A DNA stretch of 64,000 bases from an uncultured bacterium (GCA_964607485.1 CAZSKP010000004.1:125509-189508); one strand, 5' to 3'. Shown: positions 51,544 to 61,950, numbered from the stretch's first letter. A program made the numbers and translations. Notes: generated by a model not told the origin, from the sequence alone.

Positions 51544-52434
51544 TCACACAGAATAGGCGTGCAGACTGGGAATCCCAAGCAGCTTGGCTATCCAACTGAC
51601 GCCCAGAAACGTCATGACGACGCAGACGAACCCGAGCATGTTGAGGGCCGACGCCCTGCCTCCCCGCCAGCGCGCCATCGTCATCGAATGCAGGTACAGG
51701 CCATAAACGGTCCAGGTAATCAGCGACCACGTCTCCTTCGGGTCCCACGACCAGTATCGGCCCCACGCCTGCTCGGCCCAGGCTGCGCCCGAGACGATGC
51801 CGAACGTGAGCAGCGGGAATCCGAACAGCACCAACTGGTGGGCGGTACGGTGAAAGCGCGCGGCGGCCTCGGTGTCCATGCCGTATCTCGCGAGCGCTCG
51901 AGAAGGCAGCAGCCCGGTCAGGGCCACGTGGGCGAGTTCGACGGAAAAAGCCACGACGAACACGGCATACGCCATGAACGCTATCACGACGTGCCAGATG
52001 AACCAGTCGCTCTGAAGCGCGGGAAACAACGGCTCGATGGCCGGGTTGCGCGCGAGCGCCGCGTACAGACACGCCCCAACGGCTATTGCGGCGACCGGGA
52101 AGCCGGCGGCGAATATTCGCCCGAACCGTCTCTCCACAAAGAGATACACGATCTTCGCCGACCAAGCGAACCACAGCAGGCTCTCGTACAGCGTCTGATA
52201 CGGCGGCCGCCTCCCCTCGACGGTGCGCAGGATTATTATCGCCGACAGCAATATCGTGGCGACGAACAGCAGCCGCGAAGCCGTCTTGCCCGTCCTGTAG
52301 CTGGGCGAAAAGAGCCACATGAGATAGAGAAGCAAGGAAAGAAGCTGAAGGAGGATTGTAACCCAGACGGCCCGGAGCTCCCAGACGAGAAGCAGCGTAT
52401 CGCGCCGCAGAAGCGCCTCAGTCGTCGCGCTCAT
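51544..52434 (-). CDS. ccsA: Cytochrome c biogenesis protein CcsA/ResC
   Basis: PALQSDW..WH and WWD motif WAEQAWGRYWSWDPKETW. Confidence 0.95.
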   Translation of the reverse strand: MSATTEALLRRDTLLLVWELRAVWVTILLQLLSLLLYLMWLFSPSYRTGKTASRLLFVATILLSAIIILRTVEGRRPPYQTLYESLLWFAWSAKIVYLFVERRFGRIFAAGFPVAAIAVGACLYAALARNPAIEPLFPALQSDWFIWHVVIAFMAYAVFVVAFSVELAHVALTGLLPSRALARYGMDTEAAARFHRTAHQLVLFGFPLLTFGIVSGAAWAEQAWGRYWSWDPKETWSLITWTVYGLYLHSMTMARWRGGRASALNMLGFVCVVMTFLGVSWIAKLLGIPSLHAYSV

Positions 52435-52578
52435 GCCTGTTCTCCGTGGGGTGGGGCGTCAAAGGCCGGGAGGCGGCGCCGATTGTTTCACGGGGATGAG
52501 ATGAGGAGAAGTCAGGTCGTCGTGACGCGCGGAATTTGTAGAGGGTTGCTCGATGGATGGCTGAGAATGAACGACGCC

Positions 52579-53058
52579 TCATGTGTAGAATAAGTCCTTG
52601 CCTTCCTCTGCTCGGATGGTTTCCATCGCCTCTTTCGCGCTTGTTGCGTTCCGAAGCGCGCGCGTCATCTGGTCGTGATTGAACAGCCGCGCGATTCCGG
52701 CCAGCGTCCTCACGTGCTGTTGAAACTTATCTTTCGGAATGACCAGGAGTATTATGAGCTGGGCGGGTTGGCCGTCGAGCGACTCGAAAGCGATCCCCTC
52801 CTTCGAGATGCCCAGCGCTCCCACCACGTCGTCGATCAGGGGCGAATTGGCGTGGGGAATCGCGATGCCGCGCTCCATTCCCGTGCTCATCGAGCGTTCC
52901 CTGTCGAATATCGTCTCGATTATTTTTTCCCTGTGCTCCGGCTTCACCTTTTTCGCCGCCACCATCAGGTCCACCAGATGCGTGATGGCTTCCCACTTAT
53001 CTTTTGCCTCCAGCCCCACCGTTATGAGTTCGGGCTGGAGGAACTCGGAGAGTTTCAT
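52579..53058 (-). CDS. PTS EIIA domain protein (Ntr/Fru type)
   Basis: RERSMSTGMERGIAIPHA; FESLDGQP. Confidence 0.9.
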   Translation of the reverse strand: MKLSEFLQPELITVGLEAKDKWEAITHLVDLMVAAKKVKPEHREKIIETIFDRERSMSTGMERGIAIPHANSPLIDDVVGALGISKEGIAFESLDGQPAQLIILLVIPKDKFQQHVRTLAGIARLFNHDQMTRALRNATSAKEAMETIRAEEGKDLFYT

Positions 53059-53086
53059 TGGAACATCACCGCCTTTTCGAGTGTCT

Positions 53087-54793
53087 TCATCGCAAGCGCT
53101 CTCGTTTCTCATATTCAGAACGCGCGCGCCTGAATACGTCAACCACGTCGTGCTGCCGGACGATGCCCACCACCTGCCGGCTCTCCCCCTCCGCCACGAC
53201 GGGCAGGTTGCCGACCTCGTTCTTGAGATCGTGAAACTTCGACAGAACCACTTCGAGCGGCTCGTCGGGAGTCACATACGCCGGCTCGGCGTCGAGCAGG
53301 TCCCGCGCTATCACGAGGTCCGCCAGCGCCTGGTCGAATATCACGTCCCGGATTCGGGGGAACGATATGTTTCCCACGTAATTGCCGTCCCTGTCCACGA
53401 CCGGCAGCAGGTCGTGGCGTGCACGGGAGATTATCTTCAGAAGCTCGTCGAAGCGCGTGTTGTCGGAAACCGTCTCCACATTGCTTCTCATCACGTGCTT
53501 GGCAGCAAGCGGCTCCTCCCCGCTGCCCAGCCCTCTCATCGGGAGCCCCAACGACCTTCTTATTTGACCGATAACTTTCTGCAAGTTATCGATGCTCGAC
53601 CGGCCCGGCAGGTGAGGCAACAGCGAGACCATCTTCACCTCGCCGCAGCGCACGAGCGAGAACCTCACTGTGATGGGTCCGACCAACTCATAGATGACTA
53701 TCGAGCCGAGCACCACCGCCTGAGCCACTGAAGCGCTCTGCGAGCCGAGTTGTCCGACGGCCATCGCGAGCCCTATCGCCACGCCCGCATGCGAGATCAT
53801 CGCCGGTCCCAGATAGCGCTTCAGGTCTCTCGACAGACCCGCAACGTGCGCTCCCCACGCCGCGCCCACAATCTTTGCGACCGCCCTCCCGACGATGTAG
53901 GTGACTCCCAGGATACCCGCGTGGAGCAACGTCTCCAGATGGAGATTCGCGCCCGCTATCACGAAAAACAACACATACAGCGGATAGGCCCCGGCATCGA
54001 TGCGCTCGAACAACACCTGTCCGCGCGTGGAGGAGTTCACCTTGGCCATGCCCATCACGAGCGCCGAGAGCGGACCGGAGCCGCCCCACGCATAGGCCAG
54101 CCCCACCACCAGCGCAATGGCGCAGAAGCCGAGCAGAATCTGCTGCTTGGGCGAATGGGCGCGCTCCTCCAGAAAGCTCAGCCCCAACCCGAGCCCCACG
54201 CCCAGCACCAGCGATTTGCCTACCTCGAAAAACGGGAAGCCGTATCCCGTGCTCTGACTCATCAGGGCCAGCAGGAGAAACGGGAACAATACCAAACAAA
54301 AGAAATTATTGATTCCCACGAGCGCAATCAGGTTGCTCGTGAGCGGGCCTTCGGATTCGTACTCTTTCACCACCACCAGCGTCGTCGCCGGCGCGGTGGC
54401 CATCGCTATGAACCCGACGACGAGTGATAAGATGGCGTCGCGGCTCAGAATCCAGACGGCTCCGCCGACCGCAAGCCACGTCAGGCCCATTTCGAAGGCC
54501 GCCACGGTGAGGAGTTTACGCCCGAAGCGCCTCACATGGCTCGCCTCGAACTCGCCGCCTATGTTGAACATTATCAGCCCAAGCGCGAGCTGGGCGATAA
54601 GGTCGAAATTGCGAAGCTCGGAACTGCCGATCACGCCTGCCGCCGACGGACCTATCAACAGGCCCGCCAGCAGGTAGCCGGTCACCCTCGGAATTCTGAC
54701 GCGAGCGAGTATTTCCCCCGCCATCAGGCCGACGAGCAGCATCAGGCCGACGTGGACTATCAGCCGTATTTCCACTGCCGGAACAGGAGGCAT
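53087..54793 (-). CDS. Cation:proton antiporter with a C-terminal CBS pair
   Basis: IPRVTGYL..G...GPS, ATAPA, LFFVIAG, about 12 TM; LPVVD/LPVV CBS repeats. Confidence 0.9.
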   Translation of the reverse strand: MPPVPAVEIRLIVHVGLMLLVGLMAGEILARVRIPRVTGYLLAGLLIGPSAAGVIGSSELRNFDLIAQLALGLIMFNIGGEFEASHVRRFGRKLLTVAAFEMGLTWLAVGGAVWILSRDAILSLVVGFIAMATAPATTLVVVKEYESEGPLTSNLIALVGINNFFCLVLFPFLLLALMSQSTGYGFPFFEVGKSLVLGVGLGLGLSFLEERAHSPKQQILLGFCAIALVVGLAYAWGGSGPLSALVMGMAKVNSSTRGQVLFERIDAGAYPLYVLFFVIAGANLHLETLLHAGILGVTYIVGRAVAKIVGAAWGAHVAGLSRDLKRYLGPAMISHAGVAIGLAMAVGQLGSQSASVAQAVVLGSIVIYELVGPITVRFSLVRCGEVKMVSLLPHLPGRSSIDNLQKVIGQIRRSLGLPMRGLGSGEEPLAAKHVMRSNVETVSDNTRFDELLKIISRARHDLLPVVDRDGNYVGNISFPRIRDVIFDQALADLVIARDLLDAEPAYVTPDEPLEVVLSKFHDLKNEVGNLPVVAEGESRQVVGIVRQHDVVDVFRRARSEYEKRERLR

Positions 54794-54962
54794 CGGGAAC
54801 GCTCGCTCTCAGCGCGCCCCGGTCGCCCACGCGAGCCAGGCGCCTTCTGGTGTGTCCTTCGGGTTCGTCCCTTCGCACTAAGCGCACAATGCCGACCTGC
54901 GCATCAAAGGGAAAGTATAGCCGAAAGCCGCGAAAAAATAAAGCTCTAATTCGATGCGGTCG

Positions 54963-56255
54963 TCAAACGATTTCGAGAAGGGACTGCTCCGCCGCGCCTA
55001 TCGTCCTCTCTATGTCTTTTTCCGTGTGCGCCAGCGAGACGAAGGCGGTCTCGTATTGAGACGGCGCCAGGTAAACGCCCCGACGAAGCATCTCGTGGAA
55101 GTACTTGCCGTATCTCTGGGTGTCGCACCTGAGCGCGTCCTCGTAATTGTTCACCGGGCCGTCGGAGAAGAACATGCAGAGCATCGAGCCGACGCGGGTG
55201 TGGTAGGAGGGCACTCCCGTCATCTGCGCGGCGCGGATCAGCCCGTCGCCCAGCATCGAGGCCAGCCGTTCGAGCTTCTTGTATGTGCCCGGCCGAGAGA
55301 GCACCTCGAGCGTCGCCAGCCCCGCCTCGACCGCCAGCGGATTGCCCGACAGCGTGCCCGCCTGATAGACGGGTCCCGCCGGAGCCATCTTCTCCATTAT
55401 TTCCGCCCTGCCCCCATACGCGCCGACGGGCAGGCCGCCGCCGATTATCTTGCCGAGAGTCGTCAGGTCGGGCTTGATCTTGAAGAGAGATTGAGCGCCG
55501 CCGTATGCGACGCGGAAGCCCGTGATAATCTCGTCGAATATGAGCAGTATCCCGTGCTGCTCCGTAATCTCGCGCAGCGACGAGAGGAATCCGTCCACGG
55601 GAGGCACGACGCCCATGTTGCCCGCAATCGGCTCGACTATGATGCAGGCGATCCTGTTCCCGTGTTCCTTGCACGCGGCCGCGACCGAATCGACGTCGTT
55701 GTAGGGAAGCGTCATCGTGCAACCGGCGTATTCGGCCGGCACGCCGGGGCTGGTCGGCACGCCGAGCGTGGTCGCTCCGGAGCCGGCTTTCACCAGGAGC
55801 CCGTCGGCGTGACCGTGGTAGCAGCCCTCGAACTTGACGACGATGGAGCGGTCGGTGTAGGCACGCGCGAGCCGAATCGCGCTCATGACGGCCTCGGTGC
55901 CCGAGCTCACCAGCCGCACCTTTTCGATGGAGGGCACGGCGCGGATGACCTTCTTCGCCAGGTCGGACTCGCGCTCGGTGGGTATGCCGAAGCTCGTGCC
56001 GTCGGCGGCGACTTTCTTCAGCCGGGCGACGACTTCCCTGTGCGCGTGCCCGAGAATGAGGGGACCCCACGAGCAGACGTAATCGATGTATTCGTTGTCG
56101 TCGGCGTCCCATATCTTGCAGCCCTTGCCTCGCTCGACGAATATGGGCGAACCGCTCACTCCTTTGAACGCGCGCACGGGGCTGTTTACGCCGCCGGGCA
56201 TGTAGCGCTGCGCCTGCTTCCACAATCTCTTCGACTTCGTCGTCCTTCGAGCCAT
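54963..56255 (-). CDS. hemL: Glutamate-1-semialdehyde 2,1-aminomutase
   Basis: [44 protein letters not shown]. Confidence 0.97.
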   Translation of the reverse strand: MARRTTKSKRLWKQAQRYMPGGVNSPVRAFKGVSGSPIFVERGKGCKIWDADDNEYIDYVCSWGPLILGHAHREVVARLKKVAADGTSFGIPTERESDLAKKVIRAVPSIEKVRLVSSGTEAVMSAIRLARAYTDRSIVVKFEGCYHGHADGLLVKAGSGATTLGVPTSPGVPAEYAGCTMTLPYNDVDSVAAACKEHGNRIACIIVEPIAGNMGVVPPVDGFLSSLREITEQHGILLIFDEIITGFRVAYGGAQSLFKIKPDLTTLGKIIGGGLPVGAYGGRAEIMEKMAPAGPVYQAGTLSGNPLAVEAGLATLEVLSRPGTYKKLERLASMLGDGLIRAAQMTGVPSYHTRVGSMLCMFFSDGPVNNYEDALRCDTQRYGKYFHEMLRRGVYLAPSQYETAFVSLAHTEKDIERTIGAAEQSLLEIV

Positions 56256-56264
56256 CTCGAACCC

Positions 56265-56738
56265 TCATTTCACGAAATATCGTGGGCTGGTTTTTTTGAA
56301 CTCGCGCGTGCTGAAGACCACCTTGTACCGCTCGACGCCGACCTCCCTCGAAAGCCTTTCGGCGATGCGCTCGCAGGCCTTGCGGGTGCGGCCGTGCACC
56401 ATCGTGTAGAGATTGTAGGGCCATTCGGGGTGCCGCCGCCGCGCGTAGCAGTGGGTGACCTCGCGCGCGGCCGTCAGCTTCGACCCGATCTCCTCAACCC
56501 GGCTCTCCGGTATATCCCACACGACCATGCCGTTGGCGTCCACGCCGGCCACGCGATGGGCGATCATCGCGCCCATCCTGCGGAGCAATCCCTTTTCCTC
56601 GTAGCCGCGGACACGTCGGAGCAGCTCTTGCTCGCTGATTCCCAACCGGTCGGCGATGTCCTTGTAGGGCTGCTTCGAGCCGGAGATGTCGCCCGACAGC
56701 GCATTGATGATTTTGCGGTCGAGCGCGTCGAGCGTCAT
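56265..56738 (-). CDS. ahbB: Siroheme decarboxylase subunit beta
   Basis: H...G..ANGMVVW, VTHCY.R, WPYNLYTMVH, KKTS. Confidence 0.9.
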   Translation of the reverse strand: MTLDALDRKIINALSGDISGSKQPYKDIADRLGISEQELLRRVRGYEEKGLLRRMGAMIAHRVAGVDANGMVVWDIPESRVEEIGSKLTAAREVTHCYARRRHPEWPYNLYTMVHGRTRKACERIAERLSREVGVERYKVVFSTREFKKTSPRYFVK

Positions 56739-57202
56739 TCGTCATCCTCTCCGAGGTCGAAATCGACCTTGATCTTGAACAGATGCGTCGCGGGAAGATT
56801 CAGGGCCGCCACGCCCGCCCTGCTCTTTATCTCCTCGATGGTGCGCTCAATCTCGTTTTCGGATTCCGCTATGAGGGTGAACCACACGTTGTATGTGCCT
56901 TCCCTCTCGTAGTTGTGGGTGACTCCGGGATAGCCGTTCACTATCGCGACCACTTCGTCCAGGCGGTCTTTCGGCACGCTGAGGGCCGCCAGCGTGCTCT
57001 TGTAGCCGACCTTTCGCGAGTCGAAGCTGCCGCCGAGACGGCGTATGATGCCCTTCTTGCAGAGCGCCTGCACGGCGTCGAACGCTTCGTCCTCGGTCAC
57101 GCCGAGTTGGCGGCCAAGCTCTTCATATGGGTGGGACGCGATGGGGAACTTCTGCTGGATGACTTCGAGGACTTTCCGTTCCAATTTTGTCAACGCTGCC
57201 AT
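56735..57202 (-). CDS. ahbA: Siroheme decarboxylase subunit alpha
   Basis: Q..FP....PY, IRRLGG.FDS..VGY.STL, VTHNYER, NVWFT; ATGA overlap with ahbB. Confidence 0.9.
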   Translation of the reverse strand: MAALTKLERKVLEVIQQKFPIASHPYEELGRQLGVTEDEAFDAVQALCKKGIIRRLGGSFDSRKVGYKSTLAALSVPKDRLDEVVAIVNGYPGVTHNYEREGTYNVWFTLIAESENEIERTIEEIKSRAGVAALNLPATHLFKIKVDFDLGEDDE

Positions 57203-57258
57203 TGGATCTCAGGGTAATCGACGTAGTTGTTATGTAAGCTGCACCCGCATATTCTATT

Positions 57259-57286
57259 GTAGGGGCGCAGCATGCTGCGCCCCTAC
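57259..57286. repeat. GTAG-type REP perfect palindrome
   Basis: GTAGGGGCGCAGCATGCTGCGCCCCTAC; related copies at 61204 and 63979. Confidence 0.85.
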
Positions 57287-57317
57287 GAGAACTCATAAGA
57301 ACGATGTTGACAAACCG

Positions 57318-58415
57318 CTAATCGTGGCCCGGATAGACGCAGTAGGGCTCCTCGGCCAAATAGTTGCCCGTGCGCGCATACGCACGGGCGCGGCAGCCGC
57401 CGCAGACCTTCAGGTAGCGGCAATGTCCGCACTTGCCCTCGTACCTGGAGAAATCGCGGAGTTCGTTGAATATTCGCGATTCCTCCCACGCCTTCCGGAA
57501 GCCTTCCTTGCGCACGCTGCCGCAGTCGAGTTCGAGGTACCCGCAGGGCGAGAGCGTACCGACGTGCGAGATGAAGCAGAACGCGATGCCGCCCAGGCAG
57601 CCGCGTGTGACCGCGTCCATGCCGTGGGTTTCGAACGTGACCTCTTTGCCCTCTTCGGCCGCCCGCTGGCGGAGTATCCTGTAATAGTGCGGAGCGCAGG
57701 TGGCCTTCAGTTGAATGGGAACGTTCTCGCGCTGTTCATAGAACCAGTTGAGCGTGCGTTCGTATTGCTCGGGCGATATCTCCTGCTCCTCGAGTTCCTT
57801 GCCGCGTCCCGTGGGAACGAGCAGGAATATGTGATGCGCGACCGCGCCCACCTCGACCGCCAGCTTGAGCATATCGGGCACCTCTTCGAGGTTGAGCTTG
57901 GTGATGGTCGAATTTATCTGGAACGGAAGCCCGGCCTTCTTCGCCGCCTCGATGCCCCTCATCGCGCCCTCGAACGCGCCGGGCACGTTGCGAAACGCGT
58001 CGTGCGTGCGGGCCGCGGCGCCGTCGAGGCTGATGCTTATGCGCTGGATGCCATGCTCGACCAGCCTGCGCGCGGTCGCCTCGTCGAGGAGGAGGCCGTT
58101 GACAGCCATCGTCATCTTGAGGCCGAGGCCCTGGCCGTGACGGAGTATCTCGAAAATGTCGGGCCTGAGGAGCGGCTCGCCGCCCGTGAAGATGATTATC
58201 GGGTCGCTGAACGAGGCGATCTCGTCGAGCACGCGCCTGCACTCCTCCGTGCTGAGCTCGTTCGGATACGGCCCGCGCTCGGCCGACGCGCGGCAGTGGA
58301 TGCACGCCAGGTTGCACGAGCGCGTTATCTCCCATGCGACCAGCCTGAGCTCCGACTTGCCATGCGGGCGAGCCTCGTGCTTCGTCTCGGGCTTCTTATG
58401 TTCCGCTGTCTTCAT
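57318..58415 (-). CDS. ahbD: Heme b synthase (radical SAM/SPASM)
   Basis: LRLVAWEITRSCNLACIHCRASA, LVPTGRG, KATCAPHYYR, CGGCRARA. Confidence 0.93.
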   Translation of the reverse strand: MKTAEHKKPETKHEARPHGKSELRLVAWEITRSCNLACIHCRASAERGPYPNELSTEECRRVLDEIASFSDPIIIFTGGEPLLRPDIFEILRHGQGLGLKMTMAVNGLLLDEATARRLVEHGIQRISISLDGAAARTHDAFRNVPGAFEGAMRGIEAAKKAGLPFQINSTITKLNLEEVPDMLKLAVEVGAVAHHIFLLVPTGRGKELEEQEISPEQYERTLNWFYEQRENVPIQLKATCAPHYYRILRQRAAEEGKEVTFETHGMDAVTRGCLGGIAFCFISHVGTLSPCGYLELDCGSVRKEGFRKAWEESRIFNELRDFSRYEGKCGHCRYLKVCGGCRARAYARTGNYLAEEPYCVYPGHD

Positions 58416-58434
58416 CGGTCTGTTCTAAGACATT

Positions 58435-58713
58435 GTTCGAATAAATTCGAACCTACAATCTGTCTCTTTTGGGCGTGTTGCCCAAAAGGCAGTCGCCTAT
58501 TCGTCATTCTGAGCGAAGCGAAGAATCTCTGTTTTGAGACAAGAATTTCCAGAAAAATGAGAGATTTTTCGTCGCCCGGGTCTGCGACCCTTCGCTCCTC
58601 AGAATGACAGTTCTGATAGACTCTTGAAACAAGATACCGTTTGGGCAACAGGCCGTTTTCAATTAAATTCGAACCTGCAAATCGATTGAATGTGGGTGCG
58701 AATTCATTCGCAC
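58435..58713. mobile_element. Nested repeat region: GTAG-type REPs flanking a MITE-like element (58472-58654) that carries a GTCATTCTGAG palindrome
   Basis: TIR TGTTGCCCAAA (58476) / TTTGGGCAACA (58640); inner 58503-58608; REPs GTTCGAATAAATTCGAACCTACA and TGTGGGTGCGAATTCATTCGCAC. Confidence 0.7.
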
Positions 58714-59703
58714 TCATCCCAGCAGGCGCGCCGCCTCCATCGCGTGGTACGTCAGTATCATGTCCGCTCCGGCGCGCTTGATGCTGGTGAGTATCTCCAG
58801 CACCAGCCTCTGTTCGTCCACCCACTTGCGCGCCGCGGCCGCCTTGACGAGTGCGAACTCGCCGCTCACGTTGTAGGCGGCGACGGGATAGCCGAACTCC
58901 TCCTTCACGCGAAGGATGACGTCGAGGTACGGGAGCGCCGGCTTGACCATGACGATGTCGGCGCCTTCCTCGATGTCGAGCGCCACTTCGCGCAGCGCCT
59001 CGTCGCTGTTGGGCGGGTCCATCTGATACGAACGCCGGTCGCCGAACTGGGGCGGCGATTCGGCCGCCTCGCGGAACGGCCCGTAGAACGCCGAGGCGTA
59101 CTTCGCGGCGTAGGCCATGATCGGGATATTGTCGAAACCGCATTCATCGAGCGTGGCCCTGACGGCTCCGATGCGGCCGTCCATCATGTCGCTCGGGGCC
59201 ACCATGTCGGCTCCGGCCTCGACGTGCGAGAGCGCCATCTTCGCCAGCAGCTCGAGCGTGGCGTCGTTGTCGATTGTGAAATCTTTTCCGCCCTTTTTCT
59301 TCTTCACGACGCCGCAATGACCGTGGTCGGTGTATTCGCACAGGCACACGTCGGTGATGACGACGAGGTCATCGACCTTGTCCTTGACGGCCCGTATCGC
59401 CTTCGCGACGATGCTGTTTTTCCTGTAGCCCTCGGTTCCGCGCGCATCCTTTTTCTCGGGAATGCCGAAAAGGATGATCGCGGGAATGCCGAGGCCGGCG
59501 ACCTTGCGGGCCTCTTTGACAAGCTCATCGACCGAGAGCTGGTAATTGCCCGGCATCGAGGAAATCTTGTTCCGCACCCCCTTGCCGGGCCGGACGAACA
59601 GCGGCATCATCAGGTCGTCCACCGAGAGGGTGGTTTCGCGGATGAGGCGCCTGAGGTTTTCGTTCGCCCTCAGTCTGCGCGGACGATAGATGGGATATCG
59701 CAT
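58714..59703 (-). CDS. hemB: Porphobilinogen synthase (Zn-type)
   Basis: [45 protein letters not shown]. Confidence 0.97.
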   Translation of the reverse strand: MRYPIYRPRRLRANENLRRLIRETTLSVDDLMMPLFVRPGKGVRNKISSMPGNYQLSVDELVKEARKVAGLGIPAIILFGIPEKKDARGTEGYRKNSIVAKAIRAVKDKVDDLVVITDVCLCEYTDHGHCGVVKKKKGGKDFTIDNDATLELLAKMALSHVEAGADMVAPSDMMDGRIGAVRATLDECGFDNIPIMAYAAKYASAFYGPFREAAESPPQFGDRRSYQMDPPNSDEALREVALDIEEGADIVMVKPALPYLDVILRVKEEFGYPVAAYNVSGEFALVKAAAARKWVDEQRLVLEILTSIKRAGADMILTYHAMEAARLLG

Positions 59704-59782
59704 TTGTTCGGCTCCCTTGGTCATTGTAGGTATATCGGGGACACCATAAACATGGTGTCCCCAATATAACCCTTGGTGGCGT

Positions 59783-60967
59783 TCAGCTCATTATCTCCTC
59801 GTCGGTGAGGTAGCAGGCGGGGTCGTCGCCCCACCTGTCGCCCGTGACGGCCTCGGCCCTGATGCGGCAGCCGCCGCAGATTGTCTTGTACTTGCACACG
59901 CCGCAGCGCTCGCCGCCGATGTGCTCGTGCATGTGTTTGAGCTGCTGGAGGAACGCGTTGCTCTCGTCGGTCCAGATTTCGGAAAACTTGCGCTCCTTCA
60001 CGTTGCCGAGCGTGACGTGGTTCCAGAACTGGCAGGCGTGCACGTCGCCGCGCCAGTCCACGTTGGCGAACTTTCTGCCGGCCGAACAGCCGCCGTGACG
60101 CTTCTGGAGCTCGGTTATCTCGAGGGCGCGGTCGGGGTTGAGGCTGCGGATGTGTTTCTCGAGCATGACGCCGTCGGCGTGGTTGTCGGTCGTGAGTATC
60201 TCCGTCTCGACGCCGCGCCGGTGCCAGTCGTATGTCTTGTCGATGAGCGTCTGAACGACGTTGCGCGATTGCTCCAGCGTGAGGTCCTGCTTCGCCAGGT
60301 CGCGCCCGCGTCCCGAATACACGAGGTGATACATGCAGAAGCGGGGTATCTTGTGCTTCTCGACGATGTCGAGCACCGTGTTCAGGTCGTTGTAGTTGTG
60401 CTGATTTATCGTCAGCCTGACGCCCGCCTTCACGCCCGCGCGGGTGCAGTTTTCGATGCCGCGGATGGCCGCGTCGAACGCGCCCTTCTTCTGGCGGAAA
60501 TGGTCGTGCGTCTCGGGGCCGCCGTCGATGCTGATGCCGACGTAGGAGAACCCCACCTCGGCTATCCGCTTCGCCTTCGCCTCGTCGATCAAGGTTCCGT
60601 TCGACGAGATGACCGCGCGGATGCCCTTCGCGATGGTGTATTCGCCCAGCTCGAACAGGTCCTTGCGCAGGATCGGCTCACCGCCGGAAAACAGCAGCAC
60701 GGGCGAGCCGATGTCGGCCAGGTCGTCTATCATCGCCTTCGCCTGCTCGGTGGTCAGCTCGCCAGCGTAGTCCTTATCCTCCGAGTCGAGGTAGCAGTGG
60801 ATGCAGCGCAGGTTGCACCGGCGGGTGGTGTTCCAGGCCACGAGCGGCCTCTCGGCGGTCGTGAACTGGAGCATATGCGCGGGCACGCCCGACTCGCCCT
60901 GGCGGCTGTAGTTGAGCGCCTCGCCGATTGTCGCCACGCCGCACAGCAGTTTTGTGAAGCCTATCAT
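59783..60967 (-). CDS. ahbC: Fe-coproporphyrin III synthase (radical SAM/SPASM)
   Basis: [11 protein letters not shown]-terminus, [34 protein letters not shown]. Confidence 0.9.
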   Translation of the reverse strand: MIGFTKLLCGVATIGEALNYSRQGESGVPAHMLQFTTAERPLVAWNTTRRCNLRCIHCYLDSEDKDYAGELTTEQAKAMIDDLADIGSPVLLFSGGEPILRKDLFELGEYTIAKGIRAVISSNGTLIDEAKAKRIAEVGFSYVGISIDGGPETHDHFRQKKGAFDAAIRGIENCTRAGVKAGVRLTINQHNYNDLNTVLDIVEKHKIPRFCMYHLVYSGRGRDLAKQDLTLEQSRNVVQTLIDKTYDWHRRGVETEILTTDNHADGVMLEKHIRSLNPDRALEITELQKRHGGCSAGRKFANVDWRGDVHACQFWNHVTLGNVKERKFSEIWTDESNAFLQQLKHMHEHIGGERCGVCKYKTICGGCRIRAEAVTGDRWGDDPACYLTDEEIMS

Positions 60968-61001
60968 CTGGATATGCCCTCTCTATGGAATTTACAACTT
61001 C

Positions 61002-61053
61002 TTTGCGCCCAAGGCATTACAAATTCATTTGCGCCCAAGCCATTACAAATTCA
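61002..61053. repeat. 26-bp tandem direct repeat upstream of ahbC
   Basis: TTTGCGCCCAAG(G/C)CATTACAAATTCA twice with one mismatch. Confidence 0.85.
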
Positions 61054-61099
61054 GCCGGATGGCACACTTTGCCCTTTTTGCCAACCGGCGTACCACTCT

Positions 61100-61129
61100 A
61101 ATTTAGCACAAAATTGGCCCGTATGTCAA
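61100..61129 (-). promoter_or_regulatory. Possible sigma70-type promoter of the ahb/hem operon
   Basis: Minus strand TTGACA-18 bp-TAAATT with TGn. Confidence 0.5.
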
Positions 61130-61153
61130 CGAAAATGGCCCGAAAACAGATCT

Positions 61154-61576
61154 TCAACCACGGATTCCATAACCACGAATTACACGAAATACACGAAATT
61201 CCTGTAGGGGCGCATCGCGATGCGCCCAAGATCGTTCTATCCACGAAGAACACGAAGGAACACCAAGGAATCTAAAGGAAGTCAATGGGAACCACAGATG
61301 CACACGGATTAACACGGATCTTACCCTGAGCCTGTCGAAGGGTCCCTTTTCGCCTTTCGACTTCAAACTCCAGACTCCAGACCTCCGACTCAGGACTTAT
61401 TTTGAACCACGGGGAAGTCATTGCGAGGGAGAGCAACGACCGAAGCAATCCCTTCTCACGCCAAGCCCGCCATGAGCGAGGCCGAATGGACGCGAAGGCG
61501 CAAAAGCGGCGAGGGTCTCGGACCCAAGTCGCCGCTGAAGTTTAAACCCTTGGCGGCTTTGCGACTTTGCGTGAGA
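61154..61576. repeat. Mosaic of short-repeat families
   Basis: ACACGAA/ACACGGA 9-mers, GTAG REP, CCCTGAGCCTGTCGAAGGG, ACTCCAG heptamers, GTCATTGCGAG half copy, CTTTGCG 8-mers. Confidence 0.75.
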
Positions 61577-61600
61577 TTTCTCGCTGTGGCGCCTTCCCAC

Positions 61601-61638
61601 AAACGAAAACCCCGCATCGAGCGAATCGGTGCGGGGTT
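61601..61638 (-). terminator. Intrinsic terminator of the csp gene
   Basis: Minus strand AACCCCGCACCGA-TTCGC-TCGATGCGGGGTT-TTCGTTT. Confidence 0.8.
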
Positions 61639-61664
61639 CGGGCACAACAACTATGGGGAAACCC

Positions 61665-61865
61665 TTACAGCTTCTCCACGTTTTGCGCTCTCAGTCCTTT
61701 TGGGCTGTCGGCCGTCTCAAAGCGGACACGGTCGTTCTCGGCGAGAGTCTTGAAACCATTTCCGTTAATCGACTCATGGTGAACAAACACGTCTGGTCCG
61801 TTATCCTGGGTTATGAATCCATAGCCCTTACGGTCATTGAACCACTTCACGGTTCCTTCTGGCAA
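61665..61865 (-). CDS. Cold-shock protein (CspA family), TTG start
   Basis: GTVKWFN..KGYGFI (RNP1), DVFVH (RNP2); RBS AAGGAGGTG. Confidence 0.97.
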   Translation of the reverse strand: MPEGTVKWFNDRKGYGFITQDNGPDVFVHHESINGNGFKTLAENDRVRFETADSPKGLRAQNVEKL

Positions 61866-61912
61866 ATCCTTTCACCTCCTTATCGAAGATTGAGTAGTGC
61901 GCTTGCAAAGCA

Positions 61913-61950
61913 ACAAAAAACCCGTAAGAGCCGACATATACTCTTACGGG
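61913..61950 (-). terminator. Terminator-like hairpin inside the csp 5' leader
   Basis: Minus strand CCCGTAAGAG-TATATGTCGG-CTCTTACGGG-TTTTTTGT. Confidence 0.65.

Noticed and set aside
51518-52318. 766-aa version of ResB in the ORF track
   Set aside because: The extension overlaps ccsA in another frame; ATG 51517 has its own SD.
54954-56912. Long antisense or alternative-frame ORFs (also 1972-3369, 23600-25375, 47395-48789, 57045-58607)
   Set aside because: Shadows of well-supported genes in GC-rich DNA with no recognisable motifs.
61154-61576. CRISPR array
   Set aside because: Repeats are heterogeneous with no constant repeat-spacer period; no cas genes in the window.
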